Shown here in pieces: positions 8,847 to 18,650 of a stretch of 35,350 bases of DNA. Within the stretch, counting starts at the first letter, position 1. Each line of letters starts with the position of its first letter. This DNA comes from Candidatus Hermodarchaeota archaeon (GTDB lineage Archaea > Asgardarchaeota > Lokiarchaeia > Sigyniarchaeales > SOKP01), in assembly GCA_048885535.1 (NCBI GenBank), contig JBHLLO010000030.1:1-35350 (forward strand), written 5' to 3'. Position numbers and translations under genes: made by a program. The notes beneath the pieces were generated by a model. It worked only from the letters and a program-made list of their open reading frames with translations. It was not told the origin of the DNA and did not search any database.

Positions 8847-10052
8847 ATGACAGTTGATTATTTCGAAGATTTGTTAAAGAAGCCCTCAATATTTAAAGAT
8901 GAGAGCTCGCTCGATATCAATTTTATACCTGAAATGCTCCCGCATCGGGAAAAGGAATTGTCTTTACTCTCTCAATTATTCTTAATATTATTAACCGATC
9001 CAAACTCAATTTCAAGAAAAATACTAATCACAGGAAAAACGGGAATAGGGAAAACAGCAACAGTGAAATTATTTGGACAAATGTTATTAAATGCTTCAAA
9101 AAAAAGAAATATATCTATTAAGTATGTACATATTAATTGTAGAAAAGAACAAACTAGCTATAAAGTACTTATAAAGATTATTCGTTCATTAAATAAAAAT
9201 TTCCCAAAAAGAGGATATTCTCCTCAAGATTTATTAGAAATAATTATTGATTTTCTCGATAATCAAGATTTATATTTATTAATAGTATTAGATGAGTTAA
9301 GTTATTTAATAAATAAGAATGGGGATTTGATATATTCTCTTACTAGAATAAATGATGATTCAATTTGTAGTCCTCAAAGAACATCTATCATAGGAATTGT
9401 TAGAGACATTTCGTGTTTAAACAATTTAGATGCTAGTACAATAAGTACCCTTCAAAGAAATATTATTAATTTCAATATGTATTCTAAATCACAAATACGT
9501 GATATATTAAGGTACAGAGCTGAAATTAGTTTTAAAAGAAATTGTATTACTGAGGATATAATTGATATGATTTCAGATTTAGTTCTGAAAAATGGAGATA
9601 TTAGAAATGGTTTAAACATTTTATGGCGAGCGGGAAAAATTGCGGAGAGCAAGAACTTAAAATGCATTACACCTGAATGTGTTCGTCTTGGTAATCAAGA
9701 TTATGTTGCTTTTTCCACTCGAGATTCTTTACAATTTATGTCTTCTCCAAAACTTATTTTTTTATTATCAATAATTAAAAGCTTAAAGAAAAGTAAAAAA
9801 TCTCAAATATCTGTGGCTGAAATTTTAGAATTATATAATATTTTATGTGAAAGTTCAAGTAAAACACCTAAATCATATTCACAATTATGGAATTATCTTC
9901 AAGAATTTAAAAGAGAAAATATCCTGTCCATTAAGATTAAAAGTGAATCAATTAAAGGGAGAAAAGCTTTTATTAATATTCAAGACACTGGTTTATATCA
10001 ATTTGAAACAATTATTATTGATTTATTAAATTCAAAGGGGATTGATTTTTGA
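8847..10052 (+). CDS. cdc6: Orc1/Cdc6 replication initiator
   Basis: FIPEMLPHREKE, Walker A GKTGIGKT, YVHINC, Walker B IVLDELS, GDIR sensor and a C-terminal wHTH. Confidence 0.97.
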   Translation: MTVDYFEDLLKKPSIFKDESSLDINFIPEMLPHREKELSLLSQLFLILLTDPNSISRKILITGKTGIGKTATVKLFGQMLLNASKKRNISIKYVHINCRKEQTSYKVLIKIIRSLNKNFPKRGYSPQDLLEIIIDFLDNQDLYLLIVLDELSYLINKNGDLIYSLTRINDDSICSPQRTSIIGIVRDISCLNNLDASTISTLQRNIINFNMYSKSQIRDILRYRAEISFKRNCITEDIIDMISDLVLKNGDIRNGLNILWRAGKIAESKNLKCITPECVRLGNQDYVAFSTRDSLQFMSSPKLIFLLSIIKSLKKSKKSQISVAEILELYNILCESSSKTPKSYSQLWNYLQEFKRENILSIKIKSESIKGRKAFINIQDTGLYQFETIIIDLLNSKGIDF

Positions 10053-10342
10053 TTTCCAAAAATGAAAATAATTATCCTGATTTTGAAAAGATTTTTGGAT
10101 CAAAAGCCCGCATTAAAATCTTAAGAACTTTATCATTAAATTATGAATTATCAATATCTCAAATTATAAAGAAGACAAGATTAAATCATTCTTGTGTCTT
10201 AAAACATTTGAATTATTTAAAATCTGTGAACTTAATACATGAAAAGCAATTTGGGAGGATTAAAATCTATAGATATAAAATTGAGAATTTTAAAGCAAAG
10301 AGTTTAAAAATGTTTATCGAAATATGGGAAGAAAGGCATTAA
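10049..10342 (+). CDS. ArsR-like winged-helix regulator overlapping the cdc6 stop
   Basis: IFGSKARIKILRTL..LSISQIIKKTRLNHSCVLKHLNYL...LIHEKQFGRIKIY. TTGA overlap with cdc6. Confidence 0.88.
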   Translation: MISKNENNYPDFEKIFGSKARIKILRTLSLNYELSISQIIKKTRLNHSCVLKHLNYLKSVNLIHEKQFGRIKIYRYKIENFKAKSLKMFIEIWEERH

Positions 10343-10343
10343 A

Positions 10344-11009
10344 ATGCTCAATCTAATCATGTATTCTACAAACCTTATATTCATGACATCTGTACTAACA
10401 TATTGTTTGATTTTAGATATTAAAAATCGAAAAATACCTAATCAATCTGTTAAAGTGTTCTTTATAATTGCTGTAGTCTTATTTTTTACAGAAGCTTTTG
10501 TTTTTCTTGAAGAAATTTATCTTTTCTTTTTTGTCAAGTTTATCTTCGTGTTCTTTGCTACTTTTTTATCTTTTATTTTATTTTCATTGAAAATTATTGG
10601 GGGTGGTGATGGAAAAATTATCACTTTGATTTTTTTTATTTCTCCCATTAGTTGTCTAAATAGTTTATATCTCTTTAGTTTTTTTTTATTTTTAATTTTA
10701 TCCTATTTCATTTTGATAATAATTAATCTTTGTTTGAATTGTTTTACTGTAAATAGGTTCTCTTTTAAATTTTTTTTTCAAAACTTACCAAATGCAACAA
10801 CTTTTCGAAAATTTTATCTTTTATCATGTTTTAGATTTATAACTATCTCAAAATTATGTAAATATAAAAAGAATAAGTACATGATAATTTCATTAGACAT
10901 AATATTTAACCCAAAGTCTTGTCTTTTTCAGATATTCACCCAATTTAAGCCTCCCGTTATTTTATCTTGCTTTTTGTCTTATATTCTCTTACTTTTACTA
11001 AGATTTTAG
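10344..11009 (+). CDS. Prepilin peptidase (A24 family, GXGD aspartic protease)
   Basis: Multi-TM protein with LDIKNRKIPN and GGGDGK, which carry the two catalytic Asp. Confidence 0.88.
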   Translation: MLNLIMYSTNLIFMTSVLTYCLILDIKNRKIPNQSVKVFFIIAVVLFFTEAFVFLEEIYLFFFVKFIFVFFATFLSFILFSLKIIGGGDGKIITLIFFISPISCLNSLYLFSFFLFLILSYFILIIINLCLNCFTVNRFSFKFFFQNLPNATTFRKFYLLSCFRFITISKLCKYKKNKYMIISLDIIFNPKSCLFQIFTQFKPPVILSCFLSYILLLLLRF

Positions 11010-11154
11010 ATTTAAATTTTTGGATGTTAAATTTTAAAAAAAAAAGGAAAATTTCATTAATAGCTTGACAATTTTTGCTATAAAATAAATTTTAAATTTG
11101 TATATTTTTATAAACTAATTGAGAATGAATTAAATAAAATGTGAAAAATTACAT

Positions 11155-11538
11155 ATGGAGATTGAAAAAACTAGAGAAACTACTTGGAAAATTCGATTAA
11201 AGAAAGAGAATGAACACATTGAATTAACATCAGTTGAAATAAGTGGTGAGGTTAGGTTAATCAAATTAAGCTTATTAAAAGATGGGGGCTCGATAGTAGT
11301 ACAAATGAATAAAGAAGAATTTTTTAATTTTCTCTCTTTAATTGGAGCATTTAAAGATGTTGTAATTGGAGAAGATTCACTTATTTCAGAAGAGCGTCAG
11401 GTATTAGCTGAAGCTCAAGAAGCAAGCACTAATCAACAAAATAATGATGATTTATATCCATTAGATTCAGGATCTTCTGAAAAGTTAATTAAGAATGATG
11501 AAGAAGAGTTAAATCCTGAAGAATGGGATCCCTGGTAA
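11155..11538 (+). CDS. Hypothetical protein: compact beta4-alpha domain plus acidic tail ending EEWDPW
   Basis: 127-aa ORF with alternating hydrophobic strands, then an amphipathic helix and a low-complexity acidic C-terminus. Confidence 0.75.
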   Translation: MEIEKTRETTWKIRLKKENEHIELTSVEISGEVRLIKLSLLKDGGSIVVQMNKEEFFNFLSLIGAFKDVVIGEDSLISEERQVLAEAQEASTNQQNNDDLYPLDSGSSEKLIKNDEEELNPEEWDPW

Positions 11539-11547
11539 GAATACCTC

Positions 11548-12036
11548 TTAACTTGTTTTCTCGATTTTAAATTCACATGCATTTAGCTTATCATTTTCTA
11601 AACTACAATTACTTTCTGTGACATTGACTCTATATAGTGCAAATTCGCCAAAACCATTTAATAAACCATTAATGAAATAACAAACATATTTAGATTTATT
11701 TTCTAAATCATTGGTAATGTTTTTTTGTAATTGTATCACTATTAAATCTTCAGAAATTTGTCGAGGAATAAATTTCCCCCACCCATGATTACTCAAAATA
11801 TTACAAAATTGAGTAGTTAAGTCGTTAAGTGTTCTGGGTTTAAGGGTCTCATCCCAACTCTGTATTAAATCCCAACCCGTTTTTTTCCCAAGCCAAACTA
11901 ATAATGATTTTACTCCTTCACCATATATAGAGGATAAAATATCAATTAATTGTGGAGGAAAGAATACAAACCGATCTTCAAATAATTGATATATCCCTTT
12001 ATTATATTTTAAGCCCTTTAATTTCAAGTTTTTCAT
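11548..12036 (-). CDS. V4R-domain protein (V4R/Bet3-like superfamily)
   Basis: LGKKTG, GWGKF, CYFINGLLNG and VTESNC...CEFKI V4R motifs. Confidence 0.85.
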   Translation of the reverse strand: MKNLKLKGLKYNKGIYQLFEDRFVFFPPQLIDILSSIYGEGVKSLLVWLGKKTGWDLIQSWDETLKPRTLNDLTTQFCNILSNHGWGKFIPRQISEDLIVIQLQKNITNDLENKSKYVCYFINGLLNGFGEFALYRVNVTESNCSLENDKLNACEFKIEKTS

Positions 12037-12197
12037 AATTAAGTTTTAGATTTTTTTTTAATATTTTCAACGTAATTATTATAAACATAAAAGATTATTT
12101 CTCATGAAACTAATTTTAATGAATTAAATATTATATAATAATCTTATTTGGTCTATTTATTTTAAAAGCGATTTAAATATTTTTTTTTTAACTTATT

Positions 12198-12503
12198 TTG
12201 AGTATGTTTGAAATCTTTTTAACATTAACGGAAGTTCTTTCAATGCTAATGATTTTCATTCTAATTTTTATCTATTCAATTCTATCTTCAGATTCTCTTA
12301 TAACAACTATTTCATTTATTCTCTATTTAATTCTTTTAAGTCTTTTTTTATTATTATTGGAATATTTTAAACTATTAATTAGTCCGATAGCAATAGAAAA
12401 TAGAACAATTTTTGAATCAATTATTTTATTTTCTAGAGCAATAGTATATATTATTGGTGCAATATTATTCATAGAGTTAATTTACTTGCTGTTATTTAAT
12501 TGA
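12198..12503 (+). CDS. Small membrane protein (about 3 TM)
   Basis: Three hydrophobic segments; converges on the platform gene. Confidence 0.55.
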   Translation: MSMFEIFLTLTEVLSMLMIFILIFIYSILSSDSLITTISFILYLILLSLFLLLLEYFKLLISPIAIENRTIFESIILFSRAIVYIIGAILFIELIYLLLFN

Positions 12504-12521
12504 GCTACATTATGTAATTGC

Positions 12522-14054
12522 TTAAATTAAGTTTATAATATTGAAGTATGACACGAAAAAAATGATTACAAATAAGATACATGAGAAAAAGAGTAAAAAC
12601 AGCAATCTTTCATAATTTATGATTTTAAGGAAGTAATAGGAGGAGATTAAATTACAAGCAAGAAGACATAAAAAGGTAATTAGAAATTCATGAGAAATAG
12701 TTAACGTAAATAAGTTAACTATACCAATATTATCAAATGAAGAAAAATCAATAATCGATATAAATAGTGGAAACATACCCCCTATTGCACCCAGAATTAT
12801 TGGTAATAAAAAATAAAAGATTAAGACTTTAAACTTTTCACCCTTTATAATTAATTCTAATTTTTTTTCTAACTTTCTATGTTTTGATATTATATTTAAA
12901 AGCTCCAGGATTTTTTTAGAAGATTCTAAAGTATTTTCGAATAAAATTTTTTTTAAAACATCTATAATTATCCAATAACGAAATGCCTTCAATTCATATT
13001 GAAGGAACCCCATCATTTCAGTAAAAGAACAATTTAGATTTAATAGACGATTTATTTGTTCATCTAGTGGTTTACTCAACTTAATCAATTGATCTTTATG
13101 AGAAAAATACGAAGTAACAAATGCCTTTTCAGGAGAGATTTTATTTTTTAATTTAAGAGCAAAACTTTTAAGAAATAATAAAAATTCTTCAAAATTTTTT
13201 TTTTCATTTTTATTATAATTATTCAATAATCCTAATAAGAAAATGTCACTCTTAATAAAATTTTTAAACAAAATTCTCTGAATGAGAAAAAAAATTGGCA
13301 CAAGAATAATTAAGAAGTACAAATTTAAGCTATTAAATAATAACAGAAAACTTAAACCTAAGGGAAAAAATAAGCTAGTGAAGAAAATTATGCTTAATCG
13401 TGTTTCAATTTGTTTTAAATATATTTTGAATTTTTCCTCTAATACATTTGAATCGTTTTTAATAAGAAAAATCTGATTCTTAAAATTATTTAGAACCAAT
13501 CCTCTTACGTATTTGTTAAAATCTTTAGAAGGGCTAATAAAATTAATCAGTTCTCTTTCAGGGGCACCTCCTTCTTGAATTTTTTTTATAATAACTTTAA
13601 AGGATTTCGAAATAGGAAGGTTATATTCTTTGATCAATTGTATGAACACCAAGGAAAAATCAGAGTCATTTGATAATGACTTTTGCATTAATGAAAAATA
13701 AATTTTTATTAAATATAAAAAGGCATTTAACTTCATTTCTTCTTTATTAACAATTTTATAAAGTCTTAAATTGAAAAGATAGGCACAAATTATTGAAATA
13801 ATGAATGAATAACAAATAATTGTCATTATAGGGAAAGGTAAAAAAATCAAAGAGAATGAGAATAAACTCATAAAACTAATAATGAATATTATAAATGTTG
13901 CTTTGTCGATATCTTCCTGCTCGATTCCATATTCATTTCTAAATATGTAATTATAGTGTTCATTAACCTTTTTAAACTTTAATTTCGGAATTTTTAAATT
14001 ATGAAAACTTCGGCAGAACGCATTATATGTCCGATAATTTTTTATGTAGTTCAT
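12522..14054 (-). CDS. Type IV pilus / T2SS-F (TadB/TadC-like) membrane platform protein
   Basis: Two repeats of a cytoplasmic helical domain (IQEGGAPE; KISPEKAF) flanked by TM segments. Lies downstream of the secretion ATPase. Confidence 0.75.
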   Translation of the reverse strand: MNYIKNYRTYNAFCRSFHNLKIPKLKFKKVNEHYNYIFRNEYGIEQEDIDKATFIIFIISFMSLFSFSLIFLPFPIMTIICYSFIISIICAYLFNLRLYKIVNKEEMKLNAFLYLIKIYFSLMQKSLSNDSDFSLVFIQLIKEYNLPISKSFKVIIKKIQEGGAPERELINFISPSKDFNKYVRGLVLNNFKNQIFLIKNDSNVLEEKFKIYLKQIETRLSIIFFTSLFFPLGLSFLLLFNSLNLYFLIILVPIFFLIQRILFKNFIKSDIFLLGLLNNYNKNEKKNFEEFLLFLKSFALKLKNKISPEKAFVTSYFSHKDQLIKLSKPLDEQINRLLNLNCSFTEMMGFLQYELKAFRYWIIIDVLKKILFENTLESSKKILELLNIISKHRKLEKKLELIIKGEKFKVLIFYFLLPIILGAIGGMFPLFISIIDFSSFDNIGIVNLFTLTISHEFLITFLCLLACNLISSYYFLKIINYERLLFLLFFSCILFVIIFFVSYFNIINLI

Positions 14055-14067
14055 AACCCACCATTAG

Positions 14068-14481
14068 TTAAAAGATTTGAATTTCTATGATATTTAATTG
14101 ATACCGAATCTGCAAAGTATAAATCTGAGGAGTGAGGTTTTTGAAATTAGCGATTAGAAATTGGTTTTGGTATTCTACAATAGTAATGGATAGTTGATCA
14201 CCAAGGATATATTCATATTTAATATAAAACTCCTTTATGGAGATATTCAAGTTTTCTGGATAATTTATATTCTTTTGATAAGTACTATCTGGATTCTCAT
14301 TGATAGAAGTTATGCCTTGATCCAATTCATTTATAACATCGGAGTAAACCTCATAGTCTTCTCCATAATTTATGTTAAAGTTAAGGATTTGATTCCAAAC
14401 TGGAAGAACTAATGAAAGTAAAGATATAAGTATTAAAATACCTAAAGCAGTTAATAATGCTTTTTCTAATAAACTAGTCAT
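14068..14481 (-). CDS. Pilin-like protein
   Basis: N-terminal TSLLEKALLTALGILILISLLSLV hydrophobic helix with an early Glu, followed by a beta-rich domain. Sits between the ATPase and platform genes. Confidence 0.6.
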   Translation of the reverse strand: MTSLLEKALLTALGILILISLLSLVLPVWNQILNFNINYGEDYEVYSDVINELDQGITSINENPDSTYQKNINYPENLNISIKEFYIKYEYILGDQLSITIVEYQNQFLIANFKNLTPQIYTLQIRYQLNIIEIQIF

Positions 14482-14496
14482 ACTTTTTTTCTTTAT

Positions 14497-16683
14497 TTAA
14501 CAATTTAAACTTCTAGAACGCTTCCATGAGATCCAAAAATTTTCAAGTTTTTGTAAGGATATAAATGAGAAATATGATATCTGATCAAAAAAATCGAATA
14601 ATTCATTTAACGTAAGTTTTGGTATATTAAGCAAAAAATGAAATATCTCTTCATAGATTTGAAGATAAGCATAAAATTTTTTTGAGTTTAAAGATTCTAT
14701 TTTTCTCATTTTTTTTATACTATTTGTATTAAATAAATCTATTAATACGTCCCATCCATTTGATTCAGGATTATATTCAAATATACGCTTGTAGATCCCT
14801 TTTGAGGTTAATTCTAAATCATTAATTTCTGAAATGGATATTATTTTTCTATTATGACGAAATTTCTTCATTAAAATAATAAGATCCAAATCTTGTAGAC
14901 ATGATTTATCTATTTTAAAATGAAATAAGAACCTATTAATAAGGGAGTCAAGATCGTTTGAGTGAATAGTTTGAAATCCTCTAAGTCCCGCTGCTAAACA
15001 ATGGAACATCGCATTAGCTTCTCCTTTAGTAAGAATTTCTCCCAAATATATAATGTCTGGTGTTCGATGTAATAATTTTTTGATTTGGTTTTGTTTGGAG
15101 AACTTCTGCTTAAATGTATTCTCTTGTGAATCTACTTTATATTTTAATTGGTGCCTTTCGTAGCTCGATTGATTTAATGATTCTGTTATTGATTCAACAT
15201 ATATTTTCCTAAACTCCTTAGGAATAAGTAAATCTAACGCATTTATGAGAGTTGTTTTTCCTGTATTAGTTTCACCTGTAACAGTAAGATTGGTTCTTCT
15301 TGTGATATTAAAGTATAAGTAGGCCGCAATGTTAGGACTTAAAGTTTTGTTTTTCAATAAATCTTGAATTGTAAAAATATTTTTATTTAATTTTCTTATA
15401 TCTAATGAAAATTTGTTTAAACTTATGGGTTCTGTATCAACAGCAAATCTACAATAAAAAAATTTATTGTTCAGAACAAGTTTTATGCTTGGATTGGCAT
15501 AATCAATTGCTTTGCCACTGTATAACCTTATTAGTGTCTTAATACGTTCAAGTTCTATTGAACTAAAACCGGTTTTGGTTCTACAGCGCCCGAATTTCTG
15601 ATGATCGATATATATTGTATCAATTGGAGAATCTAAGAATATTTCTTCAACATTATCGTCAACTAAGAAAGGAAATAACTTATGAATATTTAATTTTTGA
15701 AGAGTTGTTAATAAAGCTAATTTTTTTACTTTTTCTTTAGAAAATTTATATTTTGAATTGATATATTCAATTGCCTTTTGTTCATAAATCTCGATCAAAT
15801 CTTCAAGTGATATGATTTTATCTACATTTAAGAGCTCTAAATTTCTGCTAATATCGTTTATAATTTTGGAATGATAGATTTCTTCTAATTCTGATTCAAA
15901 GGCAAATTTTACATTATATAATTTCTCAAATTCATTAGGAATCTTGTAAATTAGTATCTTGAATAAGTTATGGGGTCCAATATTATATTCATCTATCAGA
16001 TTCTCTTCATATTGTCTTTGAATTTCTTTTGGATATCTCAATTCATTTATGCCAAATTCAAAGCTAAAAAAGTATTTTTCATAAAAATTTGAGTTTACAG
16101 TTGAATTTTTTATTCTTTTCTGGAATTGAATATACTCCTTAACTATCTTTAACTCTTTTAATATTTTTAATAGAGCCTTAAGTGAATACCTTAGTGATCT
16201 CTCACACCTAACACAATAAGATTCTAATTTTGTATTAATTTTATAATTGTCCAATTTCGCGCTAATTAAATTGTAAACATATATAGGATCAATATATTGA
16301 TCATCAGATAGAGAAAAATCAAGGTAATCATTAGTAAAAATTTTACATTGAAAGGTTTTTAGATCACATTTTTTTTTTCTTAGATTTTGAATTTTTTCAA
16401 TAACGCTCTTTATTTTTTTCAATTTCTTAAAATACTCTAATATTGGAGTACATCTAAAAAAAGGGATTTCAGCATTAGAGATTCCTAATGATAAATAATT
16501 AAAATTAGTATCTTGAAGTGAATTTAGTGACTTTAATATACATCTAATGCATTTCTTTCTGTTAAATTCACTTAATTCTGCGCTCACACACTTTTTACAG
16601 TTTAATATCAGTATTCTCTCTTTTTTTCCTTCAAAGTTCTCTCTTTCACGGGAAGTAAGTTGATAGTTTAGTTTTAATGACAT
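14497..16683 (-). CDS. VirB11/TadA(CpaF)-family pilus assembly ATPase with a Cys-rich N-terminal extension
   Basis: DDNVEEIF, SLDIRK, Walker A GETNTGKTT, RTPDIIYLGE and His box QTIHS. Confidence 0.92.
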   Translation of the reverse strand: MSLKLNYQLTSRERENFEGKKERILILNCKKCVSAELSEFNRKKCIRCILKSLNSLQDTNFNYLSLGISNAEIPFFRCTPILEYFKKLKKIKSVIEKIQNLRKKKCDLKTFQCKIFTNDYLDFSLSDDQYIDPIYVYNLISAKLDNYKINTKLESYCVRCERSLRYSLKALLKILKELKIVKEYIQFQKRIKNSTVNSNFYEKYFFSFEFGINELRYPKEIQRQYEENLIDEYNIGPHNLFKILIYKIPNEFEKLYNVKFAFESELEEIYHSKIINDISRNLELLNVDKIISLEDLIEIYEQKAIEYINSKYKFSKEKVKKLALLTTLQKLNIHKLFPFLVDDNVEEIFLDSPIDTIYIDHQKFGRCRTKTGFSSIELERIKTLIRLYSGKAIDYANPSIKLVLNNKFFYCRFAVDTEPISLNKFSLDIRKLNKNIFTIQDLLKNKTLSPNIAAYLYFNITRRTNLTVTGETNTGKTTLINALDLLIPKEFRKIYVESITESLNQSSYERHQLKYKVDSQENTFKQKFSKQNQIKKLLHRTPDIIYLGEILTKGEANAMFHCLAAGLRGFQTIHSNDLDSLINRFLFHFKIDKSCLQDLDLIILMKKFRHNRKIISISEINDLELTSKGIYKRIFEYNPESNGWDVLIDLFNTNSIKKMRKIESLNSKKFYAYLQIYEEIFHFLLNIPKLTLNELFDFFDQISYFSFISLQKLENFWISWKRSRSLNC

Positions 16684-16818
16684 TTATTAGATATTTTAGA
16701 ACTGAAAATAAAAATTCCCCCAATTTTAGTCTAACTTAATATAGAAATTCGCTCATCTGTAATGCAAAAACTTTTTTTATTTTGCACAATTTGGATTTTT
16801 AAAAGTAAGTGAATACAT

Positions 16819-17838
16819 ATGGGTCATCGAAAAAGACATGCTCCTCGACATGGTTCACTAGCATTCCTACCTAGAAAGAGAGCGGCGGCTATTAAAGGTA
16901 GAATAAGACATTGGTTAGATCACCCAGAGGATATCAATTTTTTAGGATATGCTGGTTTCAAAGTGGGTATGACACATTTAACATACATTGAAGATCAGAA
17001 AAATAGTCCATATTTTGGAAAGGAATTAATGAAACCTGTTACTATAATTGAGGTTCCTCCCCTTGTACTTATTGGTATTAGAGTTTATAATGAAGACGAA
17101 TATGGAAAATATGTCATAGGAGAAGTGTTCACGAAAGAATTAAATCAATATCTTATCCGTAAAATTAATGTTCCTAATATTGAAAATTATGATTTTGATA
17201 AGAAAGTTAAAAATCTGAAAACTCAGTTGAATAATACAAGTGAAATTAGAGGAATATTTCAAACTCAACCACACCTTACCTCATTGCCAAGAAAGAAACC
17301 TGATATTATTGAGATCAAATTAAATTCGATGGGGGATACTATTAAAGAATTTAACTATGGTTTATCAAAATTGGGCGAAGAAATAAGAGCTCGAGAAATC
17401 TTGGTAGAAGGAGAACAAATTGATGTTATCGCAGTTTCAAAAGGAAAAGGTTTTCAAGGTCCAGTAAAAAGATTTGGAGTAAGGCTTTTAGGTCGTAAAA
17501 ATAGTAAAATGAAAAGGGCAGTAGCTTGCATTGGTCCATGGCATCCTGCTAGGGTACTTTATACAGTTCCTAGACCCGGACAATTAGGATATCATCAAAG
17601 AACTGAATACCATAAAAGAATAATGCTCATAAGTGAAAATGAAGAAGAAGTTAACCCTAAAGGAGGTTTCATTAAATATGGCAAGGTCAAGGGAGATTAT
17701 ATATTAGTATTAGGCTCAATTCCAGGTCCTAGGAAGCGGTTAATAAGATTAAGAAAGACAATACGGCCTATAAAGTCATTTACTATTAAATCCCCAGAAA
17801 TTACCTTTATTAGTAGGGAGAGTCAACAGAAGAGATAA
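16819..17838 (+). CDS. rpl3: 50S ribosomal protein uL3
   Basis: MGHRKRHAPRHGSLAFLPRKRA, GFKVGMTH, KGKGFQGPVKRFG, IGPWHPARV. Confidence 0.99.
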   Translation: MGHRKRHAPRHGSLAFLPRKRAAAIKGRIRHWLDHPEDINFLGYAGFKVGMTHLTYIEDQKNSPYFGKELMKPVTIIEVPPLVLIGIRVYNEDEYGKYVIGEVFTKELNQYLIRKINVPNIENYDFDKKVKNLKTQLNNTSEIRGIFQTQPHLTSLPRKKPDIIEIKLNSMGDTIKEFNYGLSKLGEEIRAREILVEGEQIDVIAVSKGKGFQGPVKRFGVRLLGRKNSKMKRAVACIGPWHPARVLYTVPRPGQLGYHQRTEYHKRIMLISENEEEVNPKGGFIKYGKVKGDYILVLGSIPGPRKRLIRLRKTIRPIKSFTIKSPEITFISRESQQKR

Positions 17839-17860
17839 ATTATAATGGATATGTGATTTC

Positions 17861-18649
17861 ATGGAGAAAATAAATGTATATAGTTTAGAAGGAAGTAAGA
17901 AAACGTTAATCGATGTTCCAAGGATTTTTTCTATTACACCTAGAAAAGATATAATTCGGAAAGCTTGTGAAGCTTCTTATAGCAGAAATAAACAAATTCA
18001 GGGAAGAGATAAAAGAGCAGGACTGAGGAATAGTTCCGAGAGTTGGGGTACTGGTCATGCTCTCTCTAGAGCACCAAGAATCAAGGGATCGGGGTTCCCT
18101 ACAGCACGAAACGTTGGAAGAGTTCCTTTCGCAAAAGGAGGAAGGAGAACCCACCCTGTAAAATCAGAAAAAATAATAAAAAAGAAAATAAATAGGAAAA
18201 CAAAAAAGCTTTCCATGATTTCAGCGATTTCTGCCTGTGGTGATGAAATTTGGATAAAGAAAAGAGGACATGTTATTGAGGACGTTCCAGAAGTTCCATT
18301 AGTCATCGACGATAAAATTCAAACAATTAAAAAAACCTCTAACATCTATTCCATTCTATGTGACTTAGGGTTGAAAAAAGAACTAGTTAAAGCAAAGGAA
18401 TCTAAAAAAGTTAGACCTGGTAAGGGAAAAAGAAGAGCTAGAAAATATAAAATGAAGAAAGGAATTTTAATTGTAATAAAAGATGACTTTGGAATTATAA
18501 AGGCTGCGAGGAATATTCCTGGAATAGATATTATAAAAATTGAGAATCTTTCTATAGATGATCTAGCTCCAGGAGGCTTTCCAGGAAGATTGGTCCTATG
18601 GGCTCAATCTGCGTTTAATGAGTTAAATAACTTTGAGAGGTTAATATAA
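17861..18649 (+). CDS. rpl4: 50S ribosomal protein uL4
   Basis: ESWGTGHALSRAPRIKG, KGGRR, ARNIPGID, LAPGG.PGRL. Confidence 0.99.
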   Translation: MEKINVYSLEGSKKTLIDVPRIFSITPRKDIIRKACEASYSRNKQIQGRDKRAGLRNSSESWGTGHALSRAPRIKGSGFPTARNVGRVPFAKGGRRTHPVKSEKIIKKKINRKTKKLSMISAISACGDEIWIKKRGHVIEDVPEVPLVIDDKIQTIKKTSNIYSILCDLGLKKELVKAKESKKVRPGKGKRRARKYKMKKGILIVIKDDFGIIKAARNIPGIDIIKIENLSIDDLAPGGFPGRLVLWAQSAFNELNNFERLI

Positions 18650-18650
18650 A

